Shown: one piece after another, positions 37,475-47,747 of the stretch
Layout: each line of letters starts with the position of its first letter
How positions within the stretch are numbered: position 1 is the stretch's first letter
Source of the DNA: Desulfobacterales bacterium
GTDB taxonomy: Bacteria > Desulfobacterota > Desulfobacteria > Desulfobacterales > UBA5852
Direction: 5' to 3'
DNA: 52,877 bases
NCBI GenBank assembly: GCA_030065585.1
Contig: JASJED010000001.1
Coordinates: forward strand, 1 to 52,877
Translations under genes and position numbers: made by a program
Notes under the pieces: generated by a model
What the model was told of the DNA's origin: nothing
The model's database searches: none
Seen by the model: the letters and a program-made list of their open reading frames with translations, nothing else

Positions 37475-37632
37475 CGTGTCCTCCTCTCCGATAGGGGTGG
37501 TTGTAGCTGAAAGCCTTACCGCCGGACAGAAACAAACCACGCTTGCGATAAAGCCGGTGAGCCTCAGCCAGTCCGGCGCCAAGGCATTGATCCGTGGTGG
37601 GAATCAACAGGGGGGCTGGCCGCCCGGCCTGT

Positions 37633-37911
37633 TCACCCCCAGCGCATGACGATGATGAGCCAGGCCACCGAGAGAATCGTTCCGTACCACAACGCTAAAT
37701 CGGTAAACCCCAGCCAGGCCAGATGAATATAAGCGCTTCCCAATAAGCCCAGAAAAAAACGCGTCCCCCGCGTGGTGGGGATCATGAGAAACCCCCGGCG
37801 TTCGATGGTCGGGGACACCAGCTCCCAGACAAGCATGCCGCAGAGCATCAGGAAGATCGTCGTGAAGAAAATGGCCGTCGGTTTGGTCCAGTACATCCAC
37901 TCGAGACCCAT
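37633..37911 (-). CDS. small integral membrane protein, DUF2160 family
   Basis: ORF trimmed to MGLEWMYWTKPTAIFFTTIFLMLCGMLVWELVSP...TTRGTRFFLGLLGSAYIHLAWLG, which matches my memory of DUF2160 proteins that accompany glycerol ABC transporters. AAGGGGA RBS. Confidence 0.75.
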   Translation of the reverse strand: MGLEWMYWTKPTAIFFTTIFLMLCGMLVWELVSPTIERRGFLMIPTTRGTRFFLGLLGSAYIHLAWLGFTDLALWYGTILSVAWLIIVMRWG

Positions 37912-37924
37912 CGATGTCCCCTTA

Positions 37925-38724
<800 letters not shown>

Positions 38725-38728
<4 letters not shown>

Positions 38729-39606
38729 CCCTTTTCTCCCCGGCCGACGTTCAAAAGGGCCTGATAGAAGGCAAAACTGAAGAGCAATACAATCAGAAAA
38801 TAAATCAGCGAAAAGGCGGCGGCCGGCCCCAGGTCAAACTGCATGGTGGCAAGTTTGACCAGATAGATGGAAAGGAAAGTGGTTGTATTGCCGGGACCTC
38901 CCCCGGTAAGGGCAAAGGGCTCGGCATAGATCAGAAAACTGTCCATCCAGCGCAGTAAAACGGCAATCGTGAGCACGCCACGCATTTTGGGCAGCTGTAT
39001 ATAAAGGAAGGTGGCCCAGGCCGAGGCGCCGTCGATTTTGGCCGCCTGGTAGTATGCTTCAGGGATGGCCCGCAGCCCGGCATAGGCCAGCAGGGCCACC
39101 AGGGGTGTCCAGTGCCAGACCTCCATGGCCAGCAGTGTAATCCAGGCATAAAGCGGCTTGGCCGTGTGGTCAAAAGGTACTTCCAGCAAGTCCAGGCTGT
39201 TGATGCCCACACCGAACAGGCCGATATCCGGCCGGGTAAAAACGATCCAGATGGTACCGATCACGTTCCAGGGAATCACCAGGGGCAGCGCCAGAATGAC
39301 CAGCGAGGCGGAGACCCCCCAGCCGCGTTTGGGCATGGCCAGTGCGATCAGAATGCCCAGGGGTATCTCGATCAGCAGGACCAGTCCGGAAAACAAAAAC
39401 TGCCGCCAGAGCGCCGCGTGCAGGCGGTAGTTGCCCAACATCTCCTTGAACCATTCCGTGCCGACGAAGACGGCTTCGCCCGGACCGAAAATGTCCTGAA
39501 GCGAATAGTTGACCACCGTCATCAACGGAATGATGCCGCTGAAGGCGACGATGATAAACGCCGGCAACACCAGAAACCAGGCGCGATTGTCGGGCCATTT
39601 GTCCAT
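38725..39606 (-). CDS. ABC transporter permease (MalF-like)
   Basis: ORF 38725..39660 trimmed to MDKWPDNRAWFLVLPAF after AAGGAG. EAA loop IPEAYYQAAKIDGASAWATF. Confidence 0.9.
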
Positions 39607-39617
39607 CGTGCCGCTCC

Positions 39618-40706
39618 TTAAGCTTTGATCAGCCGCCCGTCGACGAACAAGCGGGTCCACTCCGGAGGAAATACGAGCCAGATCTGGTCTGATGGCGTAT
39701 GTCGGCCTTCCGGTAGCCGGGCTCGCAGGATCTGGCCCCCAAAGGAGGCAATCACGATCCGGTAGCTGCCCTGGTCTTCGATGGCCTTGACGTTGGCCGG
39801 CACACCGCCTTCAATCGCTTCCGTACACACTTTGAGATGCATGGGCCGTATGCCGAGTTCCAACTTGCCTTGGATACCGCGCGCTTTGGCCGCTACGGTC
39901 TCATCCAGCGCAATCCGCGCCCCGTTGCTGCGGGCCAAGTTGCCCTCCAGGGTGCAATCCAGAAAATTCATCCCGGGGCTGCCGATGAAATATCCCACAA
40001 AGGTGTGCTCGGGGTTCTCAAAAAGATCCTGAGGCGAGCCGATCTGCACGATTTCGCCCTCGTACATGACGACCACTTTGTCGGCAAAGGTAAGGGCTTC
40101 CACCTGGTCATGGGTCACGTAAATAAAGGTCAACTTGAGACGTTCATGAATATCCTTGAGTTTACGCCGCAGGTTCCATTTCAGATGCGGGTCGATTACG
40201 GTGAGGGGTTCGTCAAAAAGGATGGCCGCCACATCATCGCGGACCAGCCCCCGGCCAAGCGAGATTTTCTGCTTGGCATCGGCAGCCAAGCCCGCCGCCC
40301 GTTTTTTAAGATAGGGCGCCAGGTCGAGGATCTCGGCCACCTCATGGACACGGCGCTCAACGTCGCGGCCTGCGAGACCCCGGTTGCGCAGCGGAAACGC
40401 CAAGTTATCGAAAACCGTCATGGTGTCGTAGAGCACCGGAAACTGAAAGACCTGGGCAATGTTGCGTTTTTCAGGGGGAAGGTCGGTGACGTCCTTGTCG
40501 TCGTAGAGCACTTGCCCACGGGTGGGATTGAGCAGGCCGGAAATGATATTCAGCAGGGTGGTCTTGCCGCAGCCCGATGGGCCCAGCAGGGCATAAGCGC
40601 CGCCATCTTCCCAAACGTGATGGATGCGTTTGAGCGCAAAGTCCTCATCGCTCCGGGGTTTGGGCCGATAGCTGTGGGCGATTTCATTGAGTTCAATGCG
40701 CGCCAA
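39618..40706 (-). CDS. ABC transporter ATP-binding protein (MalK/UgpC-like), copy 2
   Basis: Walker A GPSGCGKTT. A degenerate signature motif (ISLGRG). Walker B ILFDEPL. C-terminal TOBE-like domain. Confidence 0.9.
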   Translation of the reverse strand: MARIELNEIAHSYRPKPRSDEDFALKRIHHVWEDGGAYALLGPSGCGKTTLLNIISGLLNPTRGQVLYDDKDVTDLPPEKRNIAQVFQFPVLYDTMTVFDNLAFPLRNRGLAGRDVERRVHEVAEILDLAPYLKKRAAGLAADAKQKISLGRGLVRDDVAAILFDEPLTVIDPHLKWNLRRKLKDIHERLKLTFIYVTHDQVEALTFADKVVVMYEGEIVQIGSPQDLFENPEHTFVGYFIGSPGMNFLDCTLEGNLARSNGARIALDETVAAKARGIQGKLELGIRPMHLKVCTEAIEGGVPANVKAIEDQGSYRIVIASFGGQILRARLPEGRHTPSDQIWLVFPPEWTRLFVDGRLIKA

Positions 40707-40715
40707 GGCAGTCTC

Positions 40716-41819
40716 CTATGACAGCGGCCCCTCACGGCGTTCTGGTGAAGGAGAGGCGACCAGGTTGCCCTCGAGATCGAAGGTGAAGAGGCAGCCCGGG
40801 TTGACATACAGAGTGATCGCCGATCCGATGCGATACAGATGGATACCATCCTCCTGGGCCACGAGCCGGGTGTCGGCATGATTGAAATGGATGAAGGTTT
40901 CCGATCCGTTGATCTCGGCCAGTTCGACGCGGGCCTCAATTTGGGCATCACGGTCACTGGTTCGTTCCAAAAGGAAATGATTGGAGCGGATGCCGAAGGT
41001 ATAATCCCCGTCGGCAAGGCGTTGCATTTCGCCCTCCAGCGGGACGTGGATATCATCCCGTCCAATGCGGGCCGTCTTGCCTTGAACGCGGCCGCGCAGA
41101 AAATTGATCGGCGGATCGCTGAAGACTTCCGCCACCTTGACGGTGGCCGGACGGCGATAGGCCTCGGCCGTGACGCCGGTTTGCAGAATGCGCCCCTCGT
41201 CGAGGACGGTCACGTTGCCGCCCAGCATCAGGGCTTCGGTCGGCTCGGTCGTAGTGTAGACAACGATGGCCTTGCGCTGGGAGAAGATGTCCTGGAGCTC
41301 GACCCGTAATTCTTCACGTAATTTGTAGTCCAGGTTAACCAGCGGTTCGTCCATCAGCAGCAGATCCGCGTTTTTGACCATGGCGCGCGCAATGGCCGTG
41401 CGCTGCTGCTGGCCACCGGACAGTTCCGCGGGCAGACGCTCCAAAAGATCATCGATCCGCAGCATCGCGGCGATTTCCCGCACCTGGCGATCAATTTCGG
41501 ATTTGTCCATACCGCTGGTCTTCAGCGGTGAGGCGATGTTGTCGTAGACCGTCAGCGAGGGGTAGTTGATGAACAGCTGGTAGACCATGGCCACGCTGCG
41601 TTTGCGCACCGAAACGCCGGTGACGTCGCGTCCGTCGACGCGGATGCGTCCCTTGGAGGGTTTATCCAGACCGGCCATGATACGCAGCAGGGATGTCTTG
41701 CCGGCCAGGGTGCGGCCGAGAATGACGTTGCGTGATCCGGTTTCGAAATTGAGATTGATGTTTTTAAGGTGGGTTTCCCGGCCTACGATTTTGTCGACAT
41801 TCTCGAGCGCCAGACTCAT
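40716..41819 (-). CDS. ABC transporter ATP-binding protein (MalK/UgpC-like), copy 1
   Basis: ORF 40716..41906 trimmed to MSLALENVDK. Atypical Walker A GRTLAGKTS, signature LSGGQQQR, Walker B LLMDEPL. Confidence 0.9.
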   Translation of the reverse strand: MSLALENVDKIVGRETHLKNINLNFETGSRNVILGRTLAGKTSLLRIMAGLDKPSKGRIRVDGRDVTGVSVRKRSVAMVYQLFINYPSLTVYDNIASPLKTSGMDKSEIDRQVREIAAMLRIDDLLERLPAELSGGQQQRTAIARAMVKNADLLLMDEPLVNLDYKLREELRVELQDIFSQRKAIVVYTTTEPTEALMLGGNVTVLDEGRILQTGVTAEAYRRPATVKVAEVFSDPPINFLRGRVQGKTARIGRDDIHVPLEGEMQRLADGDYTFGIRSNHFLLERTSDRDAQIEARVELAEINGSETFIHFNHADTRLVAQEDGIHLYRIGSAITLYVNPGCLFTFDLEGNLVASPSPERREGPLS

Positions 41820-41975
41820 CAGCTGTCTCCCGTGGTCTGCCCGTAAATCAGTACACCGGCATCGAACCGCCTGGTCGAGGTGAGAAAAACGCGTTAAGGC
41901 GATCAATCATGCGCATAGCATTCGACTTTTATTTTCACAAGTGAAAAATAAAGGGCCACAGACGTACGCTTGACA

Positions 41976-42881
41976 TCATTCGGGCTCGCGATCATTCCAC
42001 GGTTCTTCGGGTGTCTCTCCCCCGGGGGCGAAGCGCCCTGCCACGCCATCGGCCACGTGCAATTCGACATCGGAGGCACCGAGGGCTTCCATCACGGACT
42101 CGACCGGCAGGCGATCGGTAAACAGCCTGTCGATTTCACCGATGCTGCCCAACCGAACCATGGCATTGCGCCCGAATTTGGTGTGATCGGCCGCCAGAAA
42201 AACCTTGCGTGAATTGTCGATGATGGCTCTGGCCGCCCGAACCTCCCGGTAGTCAAAGTCGAGCAGGGTGCCGTCCAGATCGATGCCGCTGATCCCGATA
42301 ATTCCGTAATCCACACGAAATTGCTGGATAAAATCGATGGTCAGCGGTCCCACGATGCCGCCATCCCGCGGCCGGACCAAACCGCCGGCCACGATGACCT
42401 CGAAGTTCTCATTGCCCGCCAGAATTGAGGCCACATTGAGGCTGTTGGTGATGACGCGCAACCGGTCGTGGTCGCACAGGCTCTTGGCAATCTCCTCGGT
42501 GGTCGTGCCAATATTGATGAAGAGCGAGGCATGATCCGGTATTTGGCCCGCCACCAGACGGGCAATGCGCTGCTTTTCGTCTAGACACAGGACCTTGCGC
42601 TGGGTGTAGGCCACGTTTTCGGTACTGGGCGGAACCCCCGCCCCCCCGTGATAACGATGGATGCTGCCTTCCCGGCTGAGGACCTTGATGTCCCGGCGAA
42701 TGGTCTGGGGGGTGACCCCGAACTCCGCGGCCAGGTTTTCGATGGTCACGAAGCCTTTGGTGTTGACCCGCTGCTTGATCTTGGCATGCCGATCGCGCAC
42801 CGCTCCGGTTTTGGCACTGGCCGGGGTTGGATCATCATCCCCACCGTGTCGAATATGACCGTCCACGTGCGTTGCCATCAT
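41976..42881 (-). CDS. glpR: DeoR-family transcriptional regulator (GlpR-like)
   Basis: HTH VTIENLAAEFGVTPQTIRRDIKVLS plus a DeoR C-terminal sugar-phosphate-binding domain. It sits between the glycerol transporter operon and the divergent glpAB. Confidence 0.85.
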   Translation of the reverse strand: MMATHVDGHIRHGGDDDPTPASAKTGAVRDRHAKIKQRVNTKGFVTIENLAAEFGVTPQTIRRDIKVLSREGSIHRYHGGAGVPPSTENVAYTQRKVLCLDEKQRIARLVAGQIPDHASLFINIGTTTEEIAKSLCDHDRLRVITNSLNVASILAGNENFEVIVAGGLVRPRDGGIVGPLTIDFIQQFRVDYGIIGISGIDLDGTLLDFDYREVRAARAIIDNSRKVFLAADHTKFGRNAMVRLGSIGEIDRLFTDRLPVESVMEALGASDVELHVADGVAGRFAPGGETPEEPWNDREPE

Positions 42882-43066
42882 TCTACACCGTCTTTCGTGC
42901 GAATCAGAAGCTTAGTATGATTTTCTAAAAAGAAAATGAATATGCCTTAATTGTTGTAATTCGAAAATATGCATGACATTAAGTGTCGAGTGTGATAGAT
43001 AACTAAGGATAAAACAGGCCTTTTTCCCGTTTTTAGAGGCTGTCGCACCGTAACATCGCGCTTTTT

Positions 43067-43082
43067 TTTTCGCAAGCGAAAA
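43067..43082. promoter_or_regulatory. palindrome TTTTCGC-AA-GCGAAAA just upstream of glpA (candidate operator or 5' hairpin)
   Basis: Perfect 7-bp inverted repeat 13 nt before the glpA ATG. It is preceded by a T9 run (43062-43070). Confidence 0.3.
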
Positions 43083-43094
43083 TTATCAGGTGTA

Positions 43095-44720
43095 ATGGCC
43101 CCGCCATTGAGCTTTATCCAACAACGGGAACCGGCCGGGGATGGACCCTTGAAGACAACGGTTCTCATCATCGGCGGCGGTGTTACCGGCACCGGCTTGG
43201 CCCGCGATCTGGCCCTGCGCGGTATTGAGAGCGTCGTCGTGGAAAAGCGGGACGTCAACGCCGGCGCTTCCGGGGCCAATCACGGTCTGCTGCACAGCGG
43301 CGCCCGCTATGTCGCCTCGGATCCGGCCGCCGCCGCCGAGTGCCGCCGGGAAAGCCTGCGACTCAAACAGCTGGCCCCGCATTGCATCGAGGATACCGGC
43401 GGGCTGTTCGTGGCCGTGGCCGGCGATGACGAAAACTATATCGCCGATTTCCCCGGTTTGTGCGCGCGCTGTGGGATAAAGGCCCAGCCGCTCGACGGCC
43501 GCGAAGCCCGCGAAATGGAGCCCTGCCTGTCCGAGCGGCTGATCGCCGCCTATCGCGTCGCCGACGCCGCCATCGATCCCTTCCGGCTGGCCCTGGACAA
43601 CATGGCCCACGCCGTCCAGCTGGGCGGGCGTTTGCTGCGATTCAATGCGGTGGTCGGCTTCAATCTGGCCCATCAGCGCATTCGTTCCGTCGTGCTGCGG
43701 GACGACATTACCGGGCGGTCTCAGGAAATCGAAGCCGAGGTGGTGGTCAACGCGGCCGGCGCCTGGGCCGGCGAAGTGGCCGCTCTGGCCGGCGCCCGCA
43801 TCCCTTTGCTCTACTCCAAAGGCAGTCTGCTGGTGACCGGCACGCGCATTGCCCAGCGCGTGATCAATCGTTTGCGGCACCCCTCGGACGGGGATATCCT
43901 GGTCCCCGGCGGCACGGTTTCGATCCTGGGCACCACTTCCGAGCGCAGTGCATCACCGGATGCCATCTACCCCGAAATTCAGGAGGTGGACCGGATCATC
44001 GACCAAGGCACGGCCATGGTGCCGATGCTTGCGACCACGCGCTATATCCGCGCTTACTGCGGTGTGCGCCCCCTGGTCAGTTGCGGGGAGGCCTGCGACG
44101 ATCGCAGCGTCAGCCGCGGATTTGCCCTCATCGACCACGGCCAAGCGGACGACAACCCGCTCGACAACTTCCTGACCATCACCGGCGGCAAGCTGACCAC
44201 TTATCGACTGATGGCCGAAAAAACGGCCGATCGGGTTTGTCAGCGGCTCGGCCGCGGCGATGCCTGCCGCACGCAATCGGAACCGCTGCCCGATACCGTC
44301 GCCGGGCGCTGGACCGAACCGGGCCTGGCCCCACGAACCTGGATGGAAAGGGGCAATCCCGGAGATCTCCTGCTGTGCGAATGCGAAATGATCCCCCAGG
44401 CGGTGGTCGACGATCTGGTGCGCACGCTGGCGCGGCAGGGGGGGGCAGCGAGCCTCAAGGCCATCGGTCTGCGCAGCCGAATCGGCAAAGGGCCCTGCCA
44501 GGGGACCTTCTGCAGCCAGCGGGTGGCCGCCTATCTCTACGATCGCGGCGTATGGCAGGATGACCGGGGGATTGACGAACTGCGCGCGTTTCTAAGAGAG
44601 CGCTGGCGGGGCCAGGCGCCTTTGCTCTGGGATATTTCGCTTGCCCAGGCCGAGCTTTTAGAGGCGACCCATTGCGGGCTGTTCGGTCTGGAACTCGACC
44701 CGGTAGATCCCGGGGGGTGA
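43095..44720 (+). CDS. glpA: anaerobic glycerol-3-phosphate dehydrogenase subunit A
   Basis: FAD fold VLIIGGGVTGTGLARDLALRG, HGLLHSGARY, and a C-terminal BFD-like [2Fe-2S] segment LLLCECEMI...KGPCQGTFC. Confidence 0.9.
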   Translation: MAPPLSFIQQREPAGDGPLKTTVLIIGGGVTGTGLARDLALRGIESVVVEKRDVNAGASGANHGLLHSGARYVASDPAAAAECRRESLRLKQLAPHCIEDTGGLFVAVAGDDENYIADFPGLCARCGIKAQPLDGREAREMEPCLSERLIAAYRVADAAIDPFRLALDNMAHAVQLGGRLLRFNAVVGFNLAHQRIRSVVLRDDITGRSQEIEAEVVVNAAGAWAGEVAALAGARIPLLYSKGSLLVTGTRIAQRVINRLRHPSDGDILVPGGTVSILGTTSERSASPDAIYPEIQEVDRIIDQGTAMVPMLATTRYIRAYCGVRPLVSCGEACDDRSVSRGFALIDHGQADDNPLDNFLTITGGKLTTYRLMAEKTADRVCQRLGRGDACRTQSEPLPDTVAGRWTEPGLAPRTWMERGNPGDLLLCECEMIPQAVVDDLVRTLARQGGAASLKAIGLRSRIGKGPCQGTFCSQRVAAYLYDRGVWQDDRGIDELRAFLRERWRGQAPLLWDISLAQAELLEATHCGLFGLELDPVDPGG

Positions 44721-44750
44721 CCGGCGCCATCAAACCGATCGGCCTTTGAT

Positions 44751-46055
44751 ATGGCAACACGCAATGATATCAAATGCCAATTGCTCGTCATTGGCTCTGG
44801 GATGGCCGGCATGGCCGCCAGTCTATTTGCCGCCCTGCGCGGGATCGATACGATCCAGGTCGGCCCGGTCGGCACGCTTCCATTTGCCAGCGGTCTGCTG
44901 GATTTTATAGGTGTTCACCCGGTTCGCACGGGCCGATGGCATCCCAACCCCTGGGAGGCTATCGCCCAGCTCAGACAGGACGAATCCGATCATCCCTACG
45001 CCGTCATGACCACCCGGGAGATGCGAACGGCCTGGAAGCAGATGCTAGCCTTTTTAACCGATAGCGGCTTGCCCTATGTTGCGCACCCCGAGCGCAATAT
45101 GCGCATGATCAACCCAGTGGGGACGGTCAAGCTGACCTATGCCGTCCCGCGCTCGATGATGGCCGCGGATGAGGCCCTGCGCCGTCGCCCACCCTGCCTG
45201 CTGGTGGACTTTGCGGGCCTCAAAGGTTTCAGCGCCCGTCAGATCGCCGCCCGCCTGAAGTTGCATTGGCCCGCGCTGCGCACCACACGTCTCCCAATTC
45301 CCGCGCTCGAAGGCGAACTCCAGCCCGAGCGCCTGGCCCGTTTCCTGGAGCGCCGTGATCATTGCCGCGAACTGGCCAAGGCCATCAAAAGCCGTCTGGC
45401 GGGCGCCCAGGCCGTCGGTCTCCCGGCCGTCGTAGGTCTCCATCGCGCGGGTCCCCATTTCGACCTGATCCAGAGGCGGCTCGGTGTGCCGCTCTTTGAA
45501 ATCCCGACCCTGCTGCCCAGTGTTCCCGGACGGCGTCTGCTCGATACCTTCTCCCGGCAACTTCCCCGGTTGGGCGTGCGCACCTGGTACCAGTACGCCG
45601 TGAAACAAGCTCAAATCCGGGCCGACGGCGCGTTGCATTTTCGTATCGGCAGCGCCGCGGATGGCTTCTGGGTTCAATCCCGGGCGGCGATCCTGGCCAC
45701 CGGGCGCTTTCTGGGTCGGGGCCTGCACGCCGAGCGCACCGCCATCCGGGAGAACCTCTTTGATCTGCCGGTTCATCAGCCCGACAAGCGGGGCCAATGG
45801 CACCACAAAGATCTGCTCCACCCGGACGGTCACGCGATCAACCGGGCCGGCCTGATGGTGGATGCGCGGTTCCGCCCGGTGGACAAGGACGGGGCGCCCC
45901 GACATCCCCGCCTGTTTGCGGCCGGGTCGATTCTGGCCCACCAGGACTGGGTTCGCCAAAAATGCGGCAGCGGGCTAGCCATCACCAGCGCCTATGCCGC
46001 CGTTGCCGCCTGCGCCCAAATTCCGCGCGGTTTGGAGGGAACGCACGCACCATGA
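44751..46055 (+). CDS. glpB: anaerobic glycerol-3-phosphate dehydrogenase subunit B
   Basis: CQLLVIGSGMAGMAASLFAALRG dinucleotide fold, ~430 aa, positioned directly after glpA. Confidence 0.85.
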   Translation: MATRNDIKCQLLVIGSGMAGMAASLFAALRGIDTIQVGPVGTLPFASGLLDFIGVHPVRTGRWHPNPWEAIAQLRQDESDHPYAVMTTREMRTAWKQMLAFLTDSGLPYVAHPERNMRMINPVGTVKLTYAVPRSMMAADEALRRRPPCLLVDFAGLKGFSARQIAARLKLHWPALRTTRLPIPALEGELQPERLARFLERRDHCRELAKAIKSRLAGAQAVGLPAVVGLHRAGPHFDLIQRRLGVPLFEIPTLLPSVPGRRLLDTFSRQLPRLGVRTWYQYAVKQAQIRADGALHFRIGSAADGFWVQSRAAILATGRFLGRGLHAERTAIRENLFDLPVHQPDKRGQWHHKDLLHPDGHAINRAGLMVDARFRPVDKDGAPRHPRLFAAGSILAHQDWVRQKCGSGLAITSAYAAVAACAQIPRGLEGTHAP

Positions 46056-47746
46056 CGACCGCCGCCATTGCCTACAGCGCCCTGTGCATCGCCGTACTCG
46101 GCAGCCTCGGGCGGATCGGACGCTGGTTCTGGATCAAGATCGGGCCGGAAAACCAGGAAGCGCCGAGCCTCCGCGCAGCGGCCCGCAGCTTCGCGGCAAC
46201 CCTCAAGGCCGTCTCTGCGGCCGGGCTTCGCAGGCCGCTGAGATCCCTGGCCGTGGACACCCTGTTCCAGCTTCACATCCTGAAGCACGATTGGCGGCGC
46301 TGGGTCATGCACATGGCCCTTTTTTACGGGATGGTTTTGCTGGTGGTCCTGCATGCCCTGGACGACTTCACCCTCAAGCCCCTCGGCGTGGACTATATGC
46401 CCACCCTGAACCCCTGGCGATTCCTGCGCAACCTCGGCGGTATCATGGTCCTCACGGGTGTTGCCATGGCAGTTTGGCGCTGCCGCGCGGATCCATTCCG
46501 GAAACGCACCCGTTCGCTGGCCGACCGTTTGGCCCGCACCTTCTTGGCTGCGATGGTGGTCTCCGGCATCCTACTGGAAAGCGTCCAGATCCTGTCGCCC
46601 GCCATCTTCGATGCCATGGTCGACGATTATGCCTTCAGCGATGATATCCAAGAAATCGAGGCGCTCAAAACGTACTGGTCCTCTTCTTGGGGTTCGGGCG
46701 TTACTGCGGAGTTGCCGACCGACGATGCCCAGATTCTGGCATTGGGGCAGGAGATGCATGCCGCCTTTTGTGCAGACTGTCATGACCGTCCCCAAAGTGC
46801 CTTCCTGTCTTATCCGGTCTCGCGGGCGTTGAAACCTCTGGCCGACCGTCTGGATCGCCTGGGGCTCGAAGGCCTGCTGTGGTACTTGCATTTTATCACG
46901 GCCTGCCTGGGTCTGGCCCTTCTGCCGTTCAGCAAATTTTTCCACCTGCTGGCGACTCCCATCAGTCTGATGGTGCGCGCTGGCGGTCCGGCCGAAGCGA
47001 CGGCACCGGCCCTGCGATCGGTGCGGCGGGCCATGGGGCTGGATGCCTGCACCCATTGTGGGGTGTGCAGCCAGCATTGTGCGGTGGCCGTCATCTACCA
47101 GGCCATTCCCAATCCCGCCATCCTGCCTTCGGAAAAGATCGGGGCCTTGAAACGCTGGACCAATGATGCCCAGTCGCCCGTGGCATCACAGCTGGCCGAA
47201 GGCAGCTTCATCTGTACCGCCTGCGGCCGCTGCACCCAATGGTGCCCGTCGGGGATCGATCTGCAGGACTTGTGGCAGGCCTCCCAGAAGGATCTCGTCC
47301 GTCGCGGACGCGGGCCGGCCCATCACTGGATTCGGTCGCAGAATGCCGCCCAGTGGGCTTCAGGGGCCGGGTCGAAGCCCCTAAATCCTGCGCACCAGGC
47401 GCATACGCTGGGACTCGGCGACAACCCGGAAACTTTCTGGGCCTGCGTCCAGTGCACCACCTGCACAAACGTCTGTCCGGTGGTCGCGGTGGCCGAAGAC
47501 CCCCATCGGGACCTGGACCTCACGCCGCAGCAGGTCATGAACCTGATGCGCCTGCAGCTCCGGGAGCTGGCCCTGGGAGCGCGCATGGTCTGGGACTGCG
47601 TGACCTGTTACCAGTGCCAGGAACATTGCCCCCAGGGGGTCAGGGTGGCCGACATCCTCTATGAGCTGCGCAACGAAGCGGTCCGGCGACTACAGCCGAT
47701 CGCACCCCGGGCACAAGGTTCGGAGGACGCGCAGGGGGAGGCCTGA
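46052..47746 (+). CDS. membrane-anchored iron-sulfur subunit: NarI/DsrM-like polytopic domain fused to four CxxCxxCxxxC(P) cluster motifs
   Basis: Track ORF 45797..47746 trimmed to MTTAAIAYSAL (ATGA overlap with the glpB stop). Hydrophobic helices carry conserved-looking His (HILKHD, LVVLHALDD, WYLHFITA, KFFHLL). Cluster motifs: CTHCGVCSQHC, CTACGRCTQWCP, CVQCTTCTNVCP, CVTCYQCQEHCP. Confidence 0.8.
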   Translation: MTTAAIAYSALCIAVLGSLGRIGRWFWIKIGPENQEAPSLRAAARSFAATLKAVSAAGLRRPLRSLAVDTLFQLHILKHDWRRWVMHMALFYGMVLLVVLHALDDFTLKPLGVDYMPTLNPWRFLRNLGGIMVLTGVAMAVWRCRADPFRKRTRSLADRLARTFLAAMVVSGILLESVQILSPAIFDAMVDDYAFSDDIQEIEALKTYWSSSWGSGVTAELPTDDAQILALGQEMHAAFCADCHDRPQSAFLSYPVSRALKPLADRLDRLGLEGLLWYLHFITACLGLALLPFSKFFHLLATPISLMVRAGGPAEATAPALRSVRRAMGLDACTHCGVCSQHCAVAVIYQAIPNPAILPSEKIGALKRWTNDAQSPVASQLAEGSFICTACGRCTQWCPSGIDLQDLWQASQKDLVRRGRGPAHHWIRSQNAAQWASGAGSKPLNPAHQAHTLGLGDNPETFWACVQCTTCTNVCPVVAVAEDPHRDLDLTPQQVMNLMRLQLRELALGARMVWDCVTCYQCQEHCPQGVRVADILYELRNEAVRRLQPIAPRAQGSEDAQGEA

Positions 47747-47747
47747 C

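Noticed and set aside
44438-44445. A G8 homopolymer inside glpA (QGGA). An A8 run also lies in pyrR (18349-18356).
   Set aside because: These tracts are shorter than the C9 tract reported above and sit in core metabolic genes, where phase variation is implausible. They are noted only as potential sequencing-error sites.
45797-46051. An upstream extension of the membrane FeS ORF (track start 45797) that overlaps the glpB 3' end by 255 nt.
   Set aside because: The extension translates to Pro/Arg/Gly-rich sequence out of frame with a well-supported glpB. The ATG at 46052 forms an ATGA stop/start overlap with glpB and begins a hydrophobic helix.
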